A DNA stretch of 64,000 bases from contig JAJDAE010000247.1 in assembly GCA_029262035.1 (NCBI GenBank), positions 12,517-76,516 on the forward strand. Direction: 5' to 3'. Origin of the DNA: Candidatus Zhuqueibacterota bacterium (lineage in GTDB: Bacteria > Zhuqueibacterota > Zhuqueibacteria > Oceanimicrobiales > Oceanimicrobiaceae). This document shows, in pieces, positions 10,325 to 20,242 of the stretch; the first letter of the stretch is position 1; each line of letters starts with the position of its first letter. The position numbers and the translations under genes were made by a program. Below the pieces are notes generated by a model. It was given only the letters and a program-made list of their open reading frames with translations. It searched no databases and had not been told where the DNA came from.

Positions 10325-10548
10325 AAAACTTTTGATCGTCTACCGGAAGGAGCTGAAGTACGTAACATCTTAAATAAGGATGGTGTTCTTGAGAATGATG
10401 AATGTCCTTGCTATGGCAAGAAGAGTTTAGAATCCTATATTGTCTGGTTTGGAACTTCTTTGGGCGAATCAATTATTTACGATTCCGAAACCACAGAGTG
10501 GAGGTACGTATTTTCTGCCTCTGTCGTTATAAATAGAAAAAGGGTTGT

Positions 10549-12045
10549 ATGAAAAATATAAAAACACTCGGCGACTTAAAAGCCGCAAAATATAGAGTCA
10601 AGTCGGTCAAGCAGGAGATGCGGGATAATCTTATCCAAAAATTGCATGATAAAGAAAAGTTGTTCCCGGGTATTATTGGTTTCGACTCGACGGTCATTCC
10701 TGCGCTTTGCAATGCCATGTTGTCGTATCACGATTTCATTTTACTCGGCTTGCGCGGACAGGCGAAGACTAGAATTATCCGCTCATTGCCAACTTTGTTG
10801 GATGAATTTATTCCTATCATAAAAGGTAGTGAAATCAATGATAATCCGTTTAGTCCGGTCAGCAAATATTGTGCTGATCTTGTGGCTGAGCATGGCGAGG
10901 ATGTTGAAATCGAATGGCTTCACCGGGATGAACGCTTTGGGGAAAAGCTGGCAACCCCTGACGTGACTATATCCGATTTGATCGGTGACATCGATCCCAT
11001 TAAAGCCGCTTCCCAACGCTTGCACTATGCCCATGAAGGCGTCATCCATTTTGGTATTATACCTCGTAGTAATCGCGGCATTTTTGCCATCAACGAACTA
11101 CCTGATTTGCAGCCGCGAATTCAAGTCGGCTTGTTCAATATTATGCAAGAAAAGGATATCCAAATTCGCGGCTTTCCCATCCGAATTCCTCTGGATGTTG
11201 TGATTGTTTATACTGCAAATCCGGAAGATTACACAAACCGCGGCAGTATTATTACCCCGCTGAAAGATAGAATTGGTTCACAAATTATCACACATTATCC
11301 GCGCACCATTGAAGAGGGCATGGCCATAACCCGCCAGGAATCCAAAGCTGAGCGGGATAGCGGCAGGACTGTGATTATTCCTGAATTCTTCAGGGAGATC
11401 ATCGAGCAAGTCGCTTTCGAAGCGCGTAAAAGTGAATTTGTAGATCACAAGTCCGGAGTCAGCGTACGCATGACAGTAACCAGCATGGAGAATCTGATCA
11501 GCAATGCTGAACGTCGTGCGATTATTCATGATGAAAAGGAAATTGTTCCACGTATTTGCGATCTGTATGCAATGTTGCCTTCAATCACAGGTAAAGTTGA
11601 ACTGGTTTATGAGGGTGAGCAGGAGGGTGAATTAAATGTAAGTCGTGCACTTATCGGCAAAGCAATTAAGACACTTTTTGCAAAACTGTTTTCTGATCCT
11701 TTGGTGGGCGCAAAAAAGGGAGACAAGACTTTTGAGGAGATTGTTGGCTGGTTTAAAGACAATAAATCCATTGATACTGCCGATGATATGTCGAAGAAAG
11801 ATTATTTTTCCGAACTCGCCCAAGTGAGCGGTCTCCGGAAACTCGCCGCCGATAAGATGAAAATTTCTGCCGGTGAAAACGAAGCTATTCTCGGTGCAGC
11901 CATGGAATTTGTATTAGATGGTCTGCATCAAAACTCAATGTTGAGTAAAGATATATTGGATTCAAAGATATCCTATAGCGATATGTTCAACAGCATGTTC
12001 AGCTCTCTCAAGCCGGGAGAAGATTTTTTTGATGAAGAAACTTAA
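10549..12045 (+). CDS. AAA+ ATPase of the MoxR/ChlI (helix-2-insert) clade
   Basis: Walker A is GLRGQAKT, the AK[ST] variant seen in MoxR/RavA. The sensor region VYTANPEDYTNRGSIITPLKDRIG matches the NPEE...LLDRF pattern. The Walker B region reads IFAINE, i.e. NE rather than DE. There is a ~150-aa C-terminal extension. Confidence 0.65.
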   Translation: MKNIKTLGDLKAAKYRVKSVKQEMRDNLIQKLHDKEKLFPGIIGFDSTVIPALCNAMLSYHDFILLGLRGQAKTRIIRSLPTLLDEFIPIIKGSEINDNPFSPVSKYCADLVAEHGEDVEIEWLHRDERFGEKLATPDVTISDLIGDIDPIKAASQRLHYAHEGVIHFGIIPRSNRGIFAINELPDLQPRIQVGLFNIMQEKDIQIRGFPIRIPLDVVIVYTANPEDYTNRGSIITPLKDRIGSQIITHYPRTIEEGMAITRQESKAERDSGRTVIIPEFFREIIEQVAFEARKSEFVDHKSGVSVRMTVTSMENLISNAERRAIIHDEKEIVPRICDLYAMLPSITGKVELVYEGEQEGELNVSRALIGKAIKTLFAKLFSDPLVGAKKGDKTFEEIVGWFKDNKSIDTADDMSKKDYFSELAQVSGLRKLAADKMKISAGENEAILGAAMEFVLDGLHQNSMLSKDILDSKISYSDMFNSMFSSLKPGEDFFDEET

Positions 12046-12051
12046 TGATAA

Positions 12052-13617
12052 ATGAAAAGCACCAGCCTATCACATGTAAGAAATTTTGAACTTGAAGAGC
12101 AGATACGTAAGCTCAATAAAATTGGTATCGCACTTTCGAGCGAACAAGACTTAAACCGTTTGTTGGAAGTTATTGTTAGGGAAGCCAGGGCTTTTACGCA
12201 TGCTGATGGCGGAAGCCTGTATATCCGCGAAAAAGATCGCCTGAATTTTACGGTAGCTCAAACCGAATCTCTCGATAAGCGCGGCGAAAAACGCAAACCT
12301 TTCACCTCTTTTTATTTGCCACTCTCAAAGGAAAGTATTGCCGGCTATGTAGCCTTGACGGGAGAAATTCTCAACATCAAAGATGTTTATGAGGTTCCCG
12401 ACGAGGTTGAATACAAAATCAATAAGGTGTTCGACAATCAAAATAATTATCGATCCCAATCCATGCTGGTGGTGCCTATGCGTGATACGGATGGTGAAAT
12501 TATTGGCGTGTTGCAACTGATAAATTCGTTGAGCGATGACGGAATCGTTTCGGTTTTTAAAACCGAGTATGAAGCGTTGGTACATTCTCTGGCATCACAA
12601 GCGGCAGTGGCCATTCGAAACGTTAAACTGCTGAATGAAATTAAAAGTCTATTTAAATCTCTGGTGCGCTATTCCGCAAAAGCAATTGATGCGCGAAGCC
12701 CACATACTGCCGGTCATTCCGGGAGGGTAGCGAAATTTTCGGTGCGTATTGCCGAGGCTATTAATGATGAATCCAACGGTGGCCTGAAGGATGTTAATTT
12801 TTCGCCAGTGGAGATAGAAGAACTGCGCATGGCCGGCTGGTTGCACGATATTGGTAAAATCGGCGTGCGTGAAAGTGTACTGGAAAAAGCCAACAAGCTT
12901 AATATTGATCAAATGAACACAGTTTATGAGCGTTTTGAGTCTATTAAGCAAAGCATTGAAAAAAAGTACTTGCAGGCTGAACTTAATTTATTGAGAAATG
13001 GACAGACTGCGAACCCGGGCGAAGTCAAAGGCCGCAAAGCACAATGCGATAAAGAAATCGCTCAAGTTGAGCAGGTTTTTGAGTTTCTTCAAAGAATTAA
13101 TGTCCCGGGCTATCTGGTTGAGGATGATTTGAAGCTCCTGAAATGTATCCACCGGCGTACGTTTGTTGACAGGCTTGGCAATGAGAAAAAATATCTTCTA
13201 CCTGAAGAATATGAGCATCTGGCGATTATCAAAGGTAACCTCACCAAAGGCGAATATCGTGAAATTCAAGCGCATGTTAGTCATACTCTTGACATTTTAG
13301 AAAAAATGCCATTCACCAAAGAGATGGCTAAGATACCCGACTATGCCGCCGCACACCACGAACTGATGGATGGCAGTGGCTACCCACGCGGATTGCGAGG
13401 TGATGAAATCCCTGTTCAGGCTCGCATAATGTGCATCGCTGATATTTTTGATGCGCTCAATTCGCCGGATCGACCTTACAAAAAAGCCACACCGCTTGAA
13501 CGTACTTTGCAGATTTTGCAGGAAGATGCCGAGGCTGGCAAGCTTGATCCACACATCGTAGATATGTTCATCCGCAGGAAATTGTATCAGCGCCCAATTA
13601 GTGAGGACGAGGATTAA
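12052..13617 (+). CDS. GAF-domain HD-GYP phosphodiesterase (predicted c-di-GMP phosphodiesterase)
   Basis: The HD motif is WLHDIGKIGV and the HD-GYP signature is HHELMDGSGYPRGL. The N-terminal ~180 aa are GAF-like. It starts 6 nt after the AAA+ gene. Confidence 0.75.
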   Translation: MKSTSLSHVRNFELEEQIRKLNKIGIALSSEQDLNRLLEVIVREARAFTHADGGSLYIREKDRLNFTVAQTESLDKRGEKRKPFTSFYLPLSKESIAGYVALTGEILNIKDVYEVPDEVEYKINKVFDNQNNYRSQSMLVVPMRDTDGEIIGVLQLINSLSDDGIVSVFKTEYEALVHSLASQAAVAIRNVKLLNEIKSLFKSLVRYSAKAIDARSPHTAGHSGRVAKFSVRIAEAINDESNGGLKDVNFSPVEIEELRMAGWLHDIGKIGVRESVLEKANKLNIDQMNTVYERFESIKQSIEKKYLQAELNLLRNGQTANPGEVKGRKAQCDKEIAQVEQVFEFLQRINVPGYLVEDDLKLLKCIHRRTFVDRLGNEKKYLLPEEYEHLAIIKGNLTKGEYREIQAHVSHTLDILEKMPFTKEMAKIPDYAAAHHELMDGSGYPRGLRGDEIPVQARIMCIADIFDALNSPDRPYKKATPLERTLQILQEDAEAGKLDPHIVDMFIRRKLYQRPISEDED

Positions 13618-13728
13618 CTCATTCCTACTAAAATTTTCAAAAGAATAAGTTTTTATACCTTTTTTTATTTCTTGATATTTTGATGATGAAATGTATATTT
13701 AAACTATACATAAATTTCGGAGATTGAT

Positions 13729-13971
13729 ATGAAGGCCAGCGTTGTTGATCTAAGGTACAAAATGAATGATATCCTCAAGGCGTTAGAAAGAAACGAGGAA
13801 GTAACGGTTCTTTATCATGGTAAAGTAAAAGGCGTTATTGTTCCAGCAAAAAGAGAAGATAATAAAAGAATTACGGATCACCCTTTTTTTGGTATGTTAG
13901 AAGCGGAGACACAAAAATCAGTGCTGGACACTCTGGACAATTTAAGAAAGCCTAGATATGATGATTTTTGA
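13729..13971 (+). CDS. Phd/YefM-family antitoxin
   Basis: 80 aa. The N-terminus SVVDLRYKMNDILKALERNEEVTVLYHGKVKGVIVP is typical of Phd/YefM. It overlaps the downstream PIN gene by 14 nt. Confidence 0.7.
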   Translation: MKASVVDLRYKMNDILKALERNEEVTVLYHGKVKGVIVPAKREDNKRITDHPFFGMLEAETQKSVLDTLDNLRKPRYDDF

Positions 13972-14338
13972 TACGGATATTTTTATTTGGGTACAGCGAG
14001 GTAATAAAAAAGCCGCAAGACTAATGGAAAAATCAGCGAGCAGGAATCTTTCTATTCAAACGTATATGGAGCTTTTGCAATGCGCTCAGAACAAAACTCA
14101 ACACAAGTATGTAAAAGAGTTTCTTGCGTCGTATGGATTTATCGTTCTTCCACTCACTGAAAATATTGGTCATCGAGCATCGATTTATATTGAAGAGTAC
14201 ACACTCGGTTCAGGCTTAAGGTCTGGCGACGCGCTAATTGCAGCCACAGCAGTGGAAAATAATATGAGTCTTGTATCAAGTAATGCCCGGCATTTTAAAG
14301 CGATCAAAGATTTGGATTTTAAGATTTTCAAACCATAA
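13958..14338 (+). CDS. vapC: PIN-domain ribonuclease toxin (VapC-like)
   Basis: MMIFDTDIFIW supplies the first acidic residue. ...SGDALIAATAVENNMSLVSSNARHF is a classic PIN core. Size is 126 aa. Confidence 0.8.
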   Translation: MMIFDTDIFIWVQRGNKKAARLMEKSASRNLSIQTYMELLQCAQNKTQHKYVKEFLASYGFIVLPLTENIGHRASIYIEEYTLGSGLRSGDALIAATAVENNMSLVSSNARHFKAIKDLDFKIFKP

Positions 14339-14355
14339 TCAACTAGTGTCAATCA

Positions 14356-16155
14356 ATGCCAACAATCATCCCACAACATAAAATAGAAGATATCCGCGAA
14401 GCGACCAATGTCGTCGAATTGGTGCAAGGCTATGTTACGCTCAAGCAAAAGGGGCAGAACCACTTTGGCCTGTGCCCCTTTCACCATGAGAAAAGCCCAT
14501 CGTTTAGTGTCAGCGACGCCAAGCAGATTTTTCACTGTTTTGGCTGTGGTGCGGGTGGCAATGTGTTTACTTTCTTAATGCGCTATGAAGGCATTGATTT
14601 TCCTGAAGCGGTACGTTTCCTGGCACAAAAAGCCGGCATCGAACTTGAGCTTGAGGAGAGCGATGATGATATCCAGCCCAAGCAGAATGAAGCTTTGTTT
14701 CACATCAACGAGTTTGCCGCTAAATGGTATCACCAAATCTTAATGAGTGAAGAAGGTGTCAAGGCCAGAGACTACTTGCACGAGCGTGGTTTTACCCCGG
14801 ATGAAATCAAAAAGTACGGCCTTGGATATGCGCCCTCAGCGTGGGATAAGTTAGTGAAGCATACGCAACAAACCACAAACAGCCTGGAGGCGCTCACGAA
14901 CGCCGGTCTTGTAAGCCAAAAAAAGGAAGGCGGCCATCTGGACAGATTTCGTGATCGGATCATGTTTCCGATTTTGAACTTGTCGGGAAGAGTTGTGGCT
15001 TTTGGCGGCCGAATTATTGTTGCTGATAAAAAGACAGCCAAATACATCAATACTTCAGAAACCAGCATCTACGAAAAAGGCAAGCTCCTTTATGGTCTTT
15101 TCCAAAACCGTGATCAGATTCGCCAGCAGAAATTTGCAATCCTGGTTGAAGGCTACATGGATTTACTGAGTCTGGCTTCGGCAGGAATTCATAATGTGAT
15201 CGCGAGTTCAGGAACTTCGCTTACAGAGGAACAGGCACGGCTGCTCAAACGCTACACCAGCAAAACCACAGTCCTGTACGACAGCGACCTGGCCGGAAAA
15301 ACTGCGGCTGCCCGTGGCGCGGATATTTTGACCGCGAATGGTCTTGAAGCGTCGATTGCATCCTTACCTTCCGGCCATGACCCGGATAGTTATGTGCGTG
15401 AATTCGGTGCTGATGCCCTGACAAAAGAACTCAACGCCGCAAAGTCACTGTTCGATTACAAACTCGATCGACTGGCGAATATGAGCGCAGCAGATCAGAC
15501 TGAGGGAATTCGTTCCGTGCTTTCATCTCTTGCCCAGGTTAAAGATAAAATTGCCAGAAATATTTTACTGAGCAAAATTTCCGTGCAAATTGGCATCAGC
15601 GAAAATATTCTTTGGGCCGAGCTGGAGGTGTTGCTGAATAAACAGGTCAAAGACTCTATTCGTCTTTCCGGTATAGGGGAGAGGCTGTCCGATTTATCCA
15701 AAGTTAAAAAACAGACCAGGTTAGAAAAAGCAGTGGAAGATTTAATTCGGATATTAATTAGCGATTGGAGCACGGCAGAGTTTATTTTTAATAATATTAA
15801 TTTTGAGGATATAAACGATTTCTCAAAAACCAAAATTTTGGAGTACTACAAGAACAAATTCAAAAGCGGTGCAATTATTTTGGATGATGATGACAGCATC
15901 GCGCATTATTTTCATGATGTTGAGTTGTCCGAATTTATTGTGCGTGAATTAAATATGAAAAAGGAAGACCTTGACTACAGGCGATGGGCAAAAGAATGTC
16001 TTCAAACCATTCACGAAACTAAAATTAAAGAACAATTGCAGCTTCTAAAAGAGGATATCAAACAGTCTACCGGCGACAAGACCAAGATCAAAGAATTATT
16101 ACAAGCCTGCACGGCGCTTGAACAAAAACGCAAAGAATTTGTGGTTCATGAATGA
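14356..16155 (+). CDS. dnaG: DNA primase DnaG
   Basis: CHC2 zinc finger CPFHHEKSPSFSVS...HCFGCGAGGNVFTFLM is present. The TOPRIM region EGYMDLLSL...LYDSDLAGKTAA follows. Length is 599 aa. Confidence 0.9.
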   Translation: MPTIIPQHKIEDIREATNVVELVQGYVTLKQKGQNHFGLCPFHHEKSPSFSVSDAKQIFHCFGCGAGGNVFTFLMRYEGIDFPEAVRFLAQKAGIELELEESDDDIQPKQNEALFHINEFAAKWYHQILMSEEGVKARDYLHERGFTPDEIKKYGLGYAPSAWDKLVKHTQQTTNSLEALTNAGLVSQKKEGGHLDRFRDRIMFPILNLSGRVVAFGGRIIVADKKTAKYINTSETSIYEKGKLLYGLFQNRDQIRQQKFAILVEGYMDLLSLASAGIHNVIASSGTSLTEEQARLLKRYTSKTTVLYDSDLAGKTAAARGADILTANGLEASIASLPSGHDPDSYVREFGADALTKELNAAKSLFDYKLDRLANMSAADQTEGIRSVLSSLAQVKDKIARNILLSKISVQIGISENILWAELEVLLNKQVKDSIRLSGIGERLSDLSKVKKQTRLEKAVEDLIRILISDWSTAEFIFNNINFEDINDFSKTKILEYYKNKFKSGAIILDDDDSIAHYFHDVELSEFIVRELNMKKEDLDYRRWAKECLQTIHETKIKEQLQLLKEDIKQSTGDKTKIKELLQACTALEQKRKEFVVHE

Positions 16156-16359
16156 GCGGCGAAATCTGAATTTATACTTCCGAACTCCCTTAAGTCTAAA
16201 CCACTCAAAATTTTTTCAGATATTAAAGTTGATTATTACTCAAAAATTGTTAATTACTTAACCTGTAATTTTTTAAAATTAAGAAGTTTTTAGGAAGTAG
16301 AAAATTGGTTTATAAAAAAGCTGTAGTTTTATACATAATTTGTTGAGAGGAACCATTAC

Positions 16360-19062
16360 ATGGCGTTAGATTTAAAGAGGCAATTATTACAACAAAATGG
16401 GGCAAACGAAGACACCGATGTTGACGAGACACAAGAGTGGTTAGAGGCGCTTGAAGATGTAATTCGAATAAAAGGCTACGATCGCACCGTGTTTCTATTG
16501 AATAAGCTGGTTCAGAAAGGCCACAGCAAAGGTGTGAAGTTGCCGTTTACAGGTACGACTCCCTACGTCAATACCATTCATCATTCTGAGCAACCCAAGT
16601 TTCCTGGGAATAGAGCTATTGAGCGCAGAATGAAAAGTATTATTCGTTGGAATGCCATGGCAATGGTTGTTCGCGCAAACATGAAATCTCCCGGCATAGG
16701 CGGTCACATCTCAACCTATGCATCTGCAGCCACGCTTTATGAGGTAGGATTTAATCATTTTTTTAGAGGCCGAGGTGATGGCTTCGATGGCGATCAAATT
16801 TTTTTCCAGGGACATGCGGCTCCGGGTATTTATGCCAGAGCTTTTGTTGAAGGCCGGTTAAACCAAAAGACACTTGAAAATTTTCGCCGGGAACTTGAGC
16901 AGGGTGGCGGTCTTTCATCTTATCCGCATCCTTGGCTAATGAGGGATTTTTGGGAATTCCCAACCGTGTCAATGGGACTAGGGCCGATCAATGCAATTTA
17001 TCAAGCTCGCTTTAACCGTTATCTGCACGACCGTGGTATCAAGGATACAAAAAATAGTCATGTCTGGGCTTTCCTTGGTGATGGGGAAACCGACGAACCG
17101 GAAACATTGGGCGCCATAGCACTTGCTTCCCGCGAAAAGCTGGATAATCTAATTTTTGTTGTCAACTGCAACTTGCAGCGCCTCGATGGCCCGGTTCGCG
17201 GAAATGGCAAAATTATTCAGGAGTTGGAAACCGTTTTTCGTGGCGCCGGCTGGAATGCCATTAAGGTAATTTGGGGAAACGACTGGGACCCGATTTTCGA
17301 TAATGATTCCACCGGAAAACTTGTTCAGGATATGAATGAAACCGTAGATGGTCAATTTCAGAAATATTCTGTTGAATCCGGCGAGTACATCAGAAAAAAT
17401 GTTTTTGGGAAACATCCTGAAATAATGAAACTGATAGAACATTTATCTGATAGAGAAGTGAAGAAACTGCGCCGTGGGGGGCATGACCCGGAAAAGGTTT
17501 ATACCGCTTATAAGGCTGCTGTAGAAAGTGAAGGCAAGCCTACGGTTATTTTAGCGAAGACAATTAAAGGATACGGACTCGGCGAGGCTGGTGAAGGCAA
17601 GAATATTACCCATAATCAGAAAAAGTTGAATGAAGAGGAATTAAAATATTTTCGGGATCATTTTGATATACCTGTTCCCGACTCTAAAATCCATACAGCG
17701 CCTTTCTATAAACCCGATCCCAAAAGTGAAGAAATGGAGTACTTTCTTGAGAGAAGACGCGTGCTAGGTGGTTTTGTGCCTTCCAGAAAAGTTTATAATA
17801 TCCCGCTAGACGTACCCAAGCGTGATACTTTTAAAAATTTTTTTACCGGCACTGACCGTGAGGTTTCTACGACAATGGTATTTGTGAGAATGCTTTCAGA
17901 TCTTTTAAAAAATCCTGATATTGGTAAGCGCATTGTACCCATTGTACCGGATGAAGCCAGAACTTTCGGTATGGAGTCTTTATTCAGACAGTGTGGTATT
18001 TACTCGCACATCGGTCAGCTTTATGAGCCTGTTGATGCAAATACTTTTCTATATTACAAAGAATCAATCGATGGTCAGATACTAGAGGAAGGTATTAATG
18101 AGGCGGGTTCGCTGGCATCCTTTACGGCTGCCGGCACTTCTTATGCGACCCATGGCGAAGTAATGATTCCATTTTTTATTTTTTATTCGATGTTTGGATT
18201 TCAGCGTGTTGGTGATTTAATCTGGGCTTTTGGCGATTTGCGTGGACGTGGATTTTTGCTCGGTGCAACCTCCGGCAGAACAAGCCTCAACGGCGAGGGG
18301 CTTCAGCATGAAGATGGTCACAGCCATGTTCTTGCCAGCACCATCCCAAATCTTTTGACCTTCGATCCGACTTTCGCTTATGAAATTGCTATAATTTTGC
18401 AGGATGGCATCAAGCGGATGTACGAAAATATGGAAGATATATTTTACTACATTACTTTGGGCAACGAAAATTACCCAATGGCCGAAATGCCAAAGGGCGT
18501 AGAAGAGGGCATTCTTAAAGGTTTATATAAATTTAGAGCAGCCCCAAAAAGCAAAGCGAAAAATTCATTGAAAGCACATATTCTCGGCAGTGGATCTATT
18601 TTGAATGAAGCGTTAAGAGCACAAAACATTCTGCTCGAAAAGTACAAAGTGCATGCAGACATCTGGAGCGCGACCAGTTACAAAGAGTTGCGTCGTGAAG
18701 CGCTTGAGACCGAGCGCTGGAACCTTCTGCACCCAACCCAGAAAACCAAGAAATCTTATGTCCAGGAATTATTTGAAAATGAAGAAGGACCTATAGTGGC
18801 GGCTTCGGACTATATGAAAATAGTTCCTGAGCAAATTGGCCGCTGGCTGCCCGGACGTCTTTACTCGCTTGGCACGGATGGCTTTGGCCGAAGCGATACA
18901 AGAGAATCTTTGCGCCGATTTTTTGAGGTTGATGCTGAGTTTATTGCAGTTACTGTTTTATATCAGCTTGCGCAACAAGGTAAAGTAAAACTTGAAGTGG
19001 TGGAAAAAGCAATAAAAGATTTTAAAATTGATCCGGAAAAAATCAATCCGATAACAGCATAA
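16360..19062 (+). CDS. aceE: pyruvate dehydrogenase E1 component, homodimeric type
   Basis: Length is 900 aa. The ThDP-binding region FLGDGETDEPETLGAIALASREKLDNLIFVVNCNLQRLDGPVRGNGKIIQELE is diagnostic of AceE. Confidence 0.9.
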   Translation: MALDLKRQLLQQNGANEDTDVDETQEWLEALEDVIRIKGYDRTVFLLNKLVQKGHSKGVKLPFTGTTPYVNTIHHSEQPKFPGNRAIERRMKSIIRWNAMAMVVRANMKSPGIGGHISTYASAATLYEVGFNHFFRGRGDGFDGDQIFFQGHAAPGIYARAFVEGRLNQKTLENFRRELEQGGGLSSYPHPWLMRDFWEFPTVSMGLGPINAIYQARFNRYLHDRGIKDTKNSHVWAFLGDGETDEPETLGAIALASREKLDNLIFVVNCNLQRLDGPVRGNGKIIQELETVFRGAGWNAIKVIWGNDWDPIFDNDSTGKLVQDMNETVDGQFQKYSVESGEYIRKNVFGKHPEIMKLIEHLSDREVKKLRRGGHDPEKVYTAYKAAVESEGKPTVILAKTIKGYGLGEAGEGKNITHNQKKLNEEELKYFRDHFDIPVPDSKIHTAPFYKPDPKSEEMEYFLERRRVLGGFVPSRKVYNIPLDVPKRDTFKNFFTGTDREVSTTMVFVRMLSDLLKNPDIGKRIVPIVPDEARTFGMESLFRQCGIYSHIGQLYEPVDANTFLYYKESIDGQILEEGINEAGSLASFTAAGTSYATHGEVMIPFFIFYSMFGFQRVGDLIWAFGDLRGRGFLLGATSGRTSLNGEGLQHEDGHSHVLASTIPNLLTFDPTFAYEIAIILQDGIKRMYENMEDIFYYITLGNENYPMAEMPKGVEEGILKGLYKFRAAPKSKAKNSLKAHILGSGSILNEALRAQNILLEKYKVHADIWSATSYKELRREALETERWNLLHPTQKTKKSYVQELFENEEGPIVAASDYMKIVPEQIGRWLPGRLYSLGTDGFGRSDTRESLRRFFEVDAEFIAVTVLYQLAQQGKVKLEVVEKAIKDFKIDPEKINPITA

Positions 19063-19112
19063 TTTTTCAAACTTCGGTTGCTTAAAAATATTAAGTGAAA
19101 TATTTACCTTCG

Positions 19113-19175
19113 GACTTCGACTCATTTACTTTCAGGCGGTACTTGAGTAGTCGAAGGCCGTAAGGTTTCTTTTTA
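19113..19175 (+). terminator. probable terminator after aceE
   Basis: An 8-10-bp stem CTTCGACT...AGTCGAAG with a 26-nt loop is followed by GGTTTCTTTTT. Confidence 0.35.
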
Positions 19176-19208
19176 GACATCCGATTCACTTACAAACCCA
19201 GAGATAAA

Positions 19209-20090
19209 TTGAATTCTACTTTATATTTAATTGACGCCAGCCCATACATTTTTCGCGGATTTTTTTCGATCCCTTCAAAAGTAAAAACCCCAGCTGGTGA
19301 ACCTGCCAATGCGATTTATGGTTACACAGAATTCTTGATTCAATTTTTGAAAAAAACGGTACCAACTCACCTGGCTGTTGCATTTGATGGTAGCCTGACT
19401 ACCTCATTCCGAAATGAAATTTATCCGGAATACAAAGCACAAAGAGAGTTGCCGCCACCCGAGCTGGAAGCACAGATAGGACGCTGCATTCAGGTAACTC
19501 AGGCTATGGGCATGCAAACATTTATAGATGAAAAATTTGAGGCAGATGATCTAATAGGTACCTTGGTTACATTATTTTCAGAACAGTTTGAAAAGGTTGT
19601 CATTTTATCCAGCGATAAGGATTTTTCTCAGTTCGTAAACGCGAAAACCAGTCTATGGGATTTTGCCCGTGATATTGTCTATGATGAAAAAACGGTGCAA
19701 CAAAAATTTGGTGTTCTTCCTGACCAAATTGTCGATTACATTGCCCTGATGGGAGATGCCGTTGATAATATACCTGGTATCCCTGGCATTGGCTCTAAAT
19801 CAGCCTCCATATTGCTAAATGAATTTGGTAGTTTGGACAACATTTATAATAAGATAGGCGAAATTGAAAAACTAAATGTTCGCGGAGCAAAATCTTTAAA
19901 GACCAAAATTGTTGAAGGACATGACAAAGCTTTGCTTTCTCGAAAGCTCGCTGAAATTAAGCTTGATATTCCTTTAGAGGTAACTCTGGAAAGGCTAAAA
20001 TGTTCTGGTGTTAACAAAGTCGAAATTGATTCCTTGTTCGAGGAGTTTGGATTTACACAGATACGAAGCAGAGTTCCGGAATCATCATAA
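19209..20090 (+). CDS. 5'-3' exonuclease (Pol I N-terminal / FEN-like, ExoIX-type)
   Basis: N-terminus LIDASPYIFRGFF, then ILSSDKDFSQF and helix-hairpin-helix IPGIPGIGSKSA. The TTG at 19209 is used by the ORF track, so the true start is uncertain. Confidence 0.75.
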   Translation: MNSTLYLIDASPYIFRGFFSIPSKVKTPAGEPANAIYGYTEFLIQFLKKTVPTHLAVAFDGSLTTSFRNEIYPEYKAQRELPPPELEAQIGRCIQVTQAMGMQTFIDEKFEADDLIGTLVTLFSEQFEKVVILSSDKDFSQFVNAKTSLWDFARDIVYDEKTVQQKFGVLPDQIVDYIALMGDAVDNIPGIPGIGSKSASILLNEFGSLDNIYNKIGEIEKLNVRGAKSLKTKIVEGHDKALLSRKLAEIKLDIPLEVTLERLKCSGVNKVEIDSLFEEFGFTQIRSRVPESS

Positions 20091-20242
20091 TAATAAGTTT
20101 TCTACTGGAAAAATGGGTTGATTTTAGTTTATTTTTCGGCTATATTGTCGTGCTTTAAATCCAATCTTAGAATATAAACACCAGCTAGTTCAAGCTTTGG
20201 TGATATTAAAATGTGCCGGTTTGTGCTAAATTAGGAGAAGGT

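Noticed and set aside
10549-12045. The AAA+ Walker A GLRGQAKT, first judged degenerate (no GK[ST]); I had also considered a defence-system (MoxR-VWA conflict system) reading
   Set aside because: A-K-[ST] is the normal Walker A variant of the MoxR/RavA clade, so the P-loop is probably functional. No nuclease or effector domain is present to support a defence role, and the HD-GYP with a GAF domain is a standard signalling phosphodiesterase.
20213-20242. GTG start at 20213 for accB given in the ORF track
   Set aside because: The downstream ATG at 20243 has a near-perfect GGAGAAGG Shine-Dalgarno 6 nt upstream, and the translation begins [16 protein letters not shown], like AccB N-termini. The extra 10 codons are likely untranslated.
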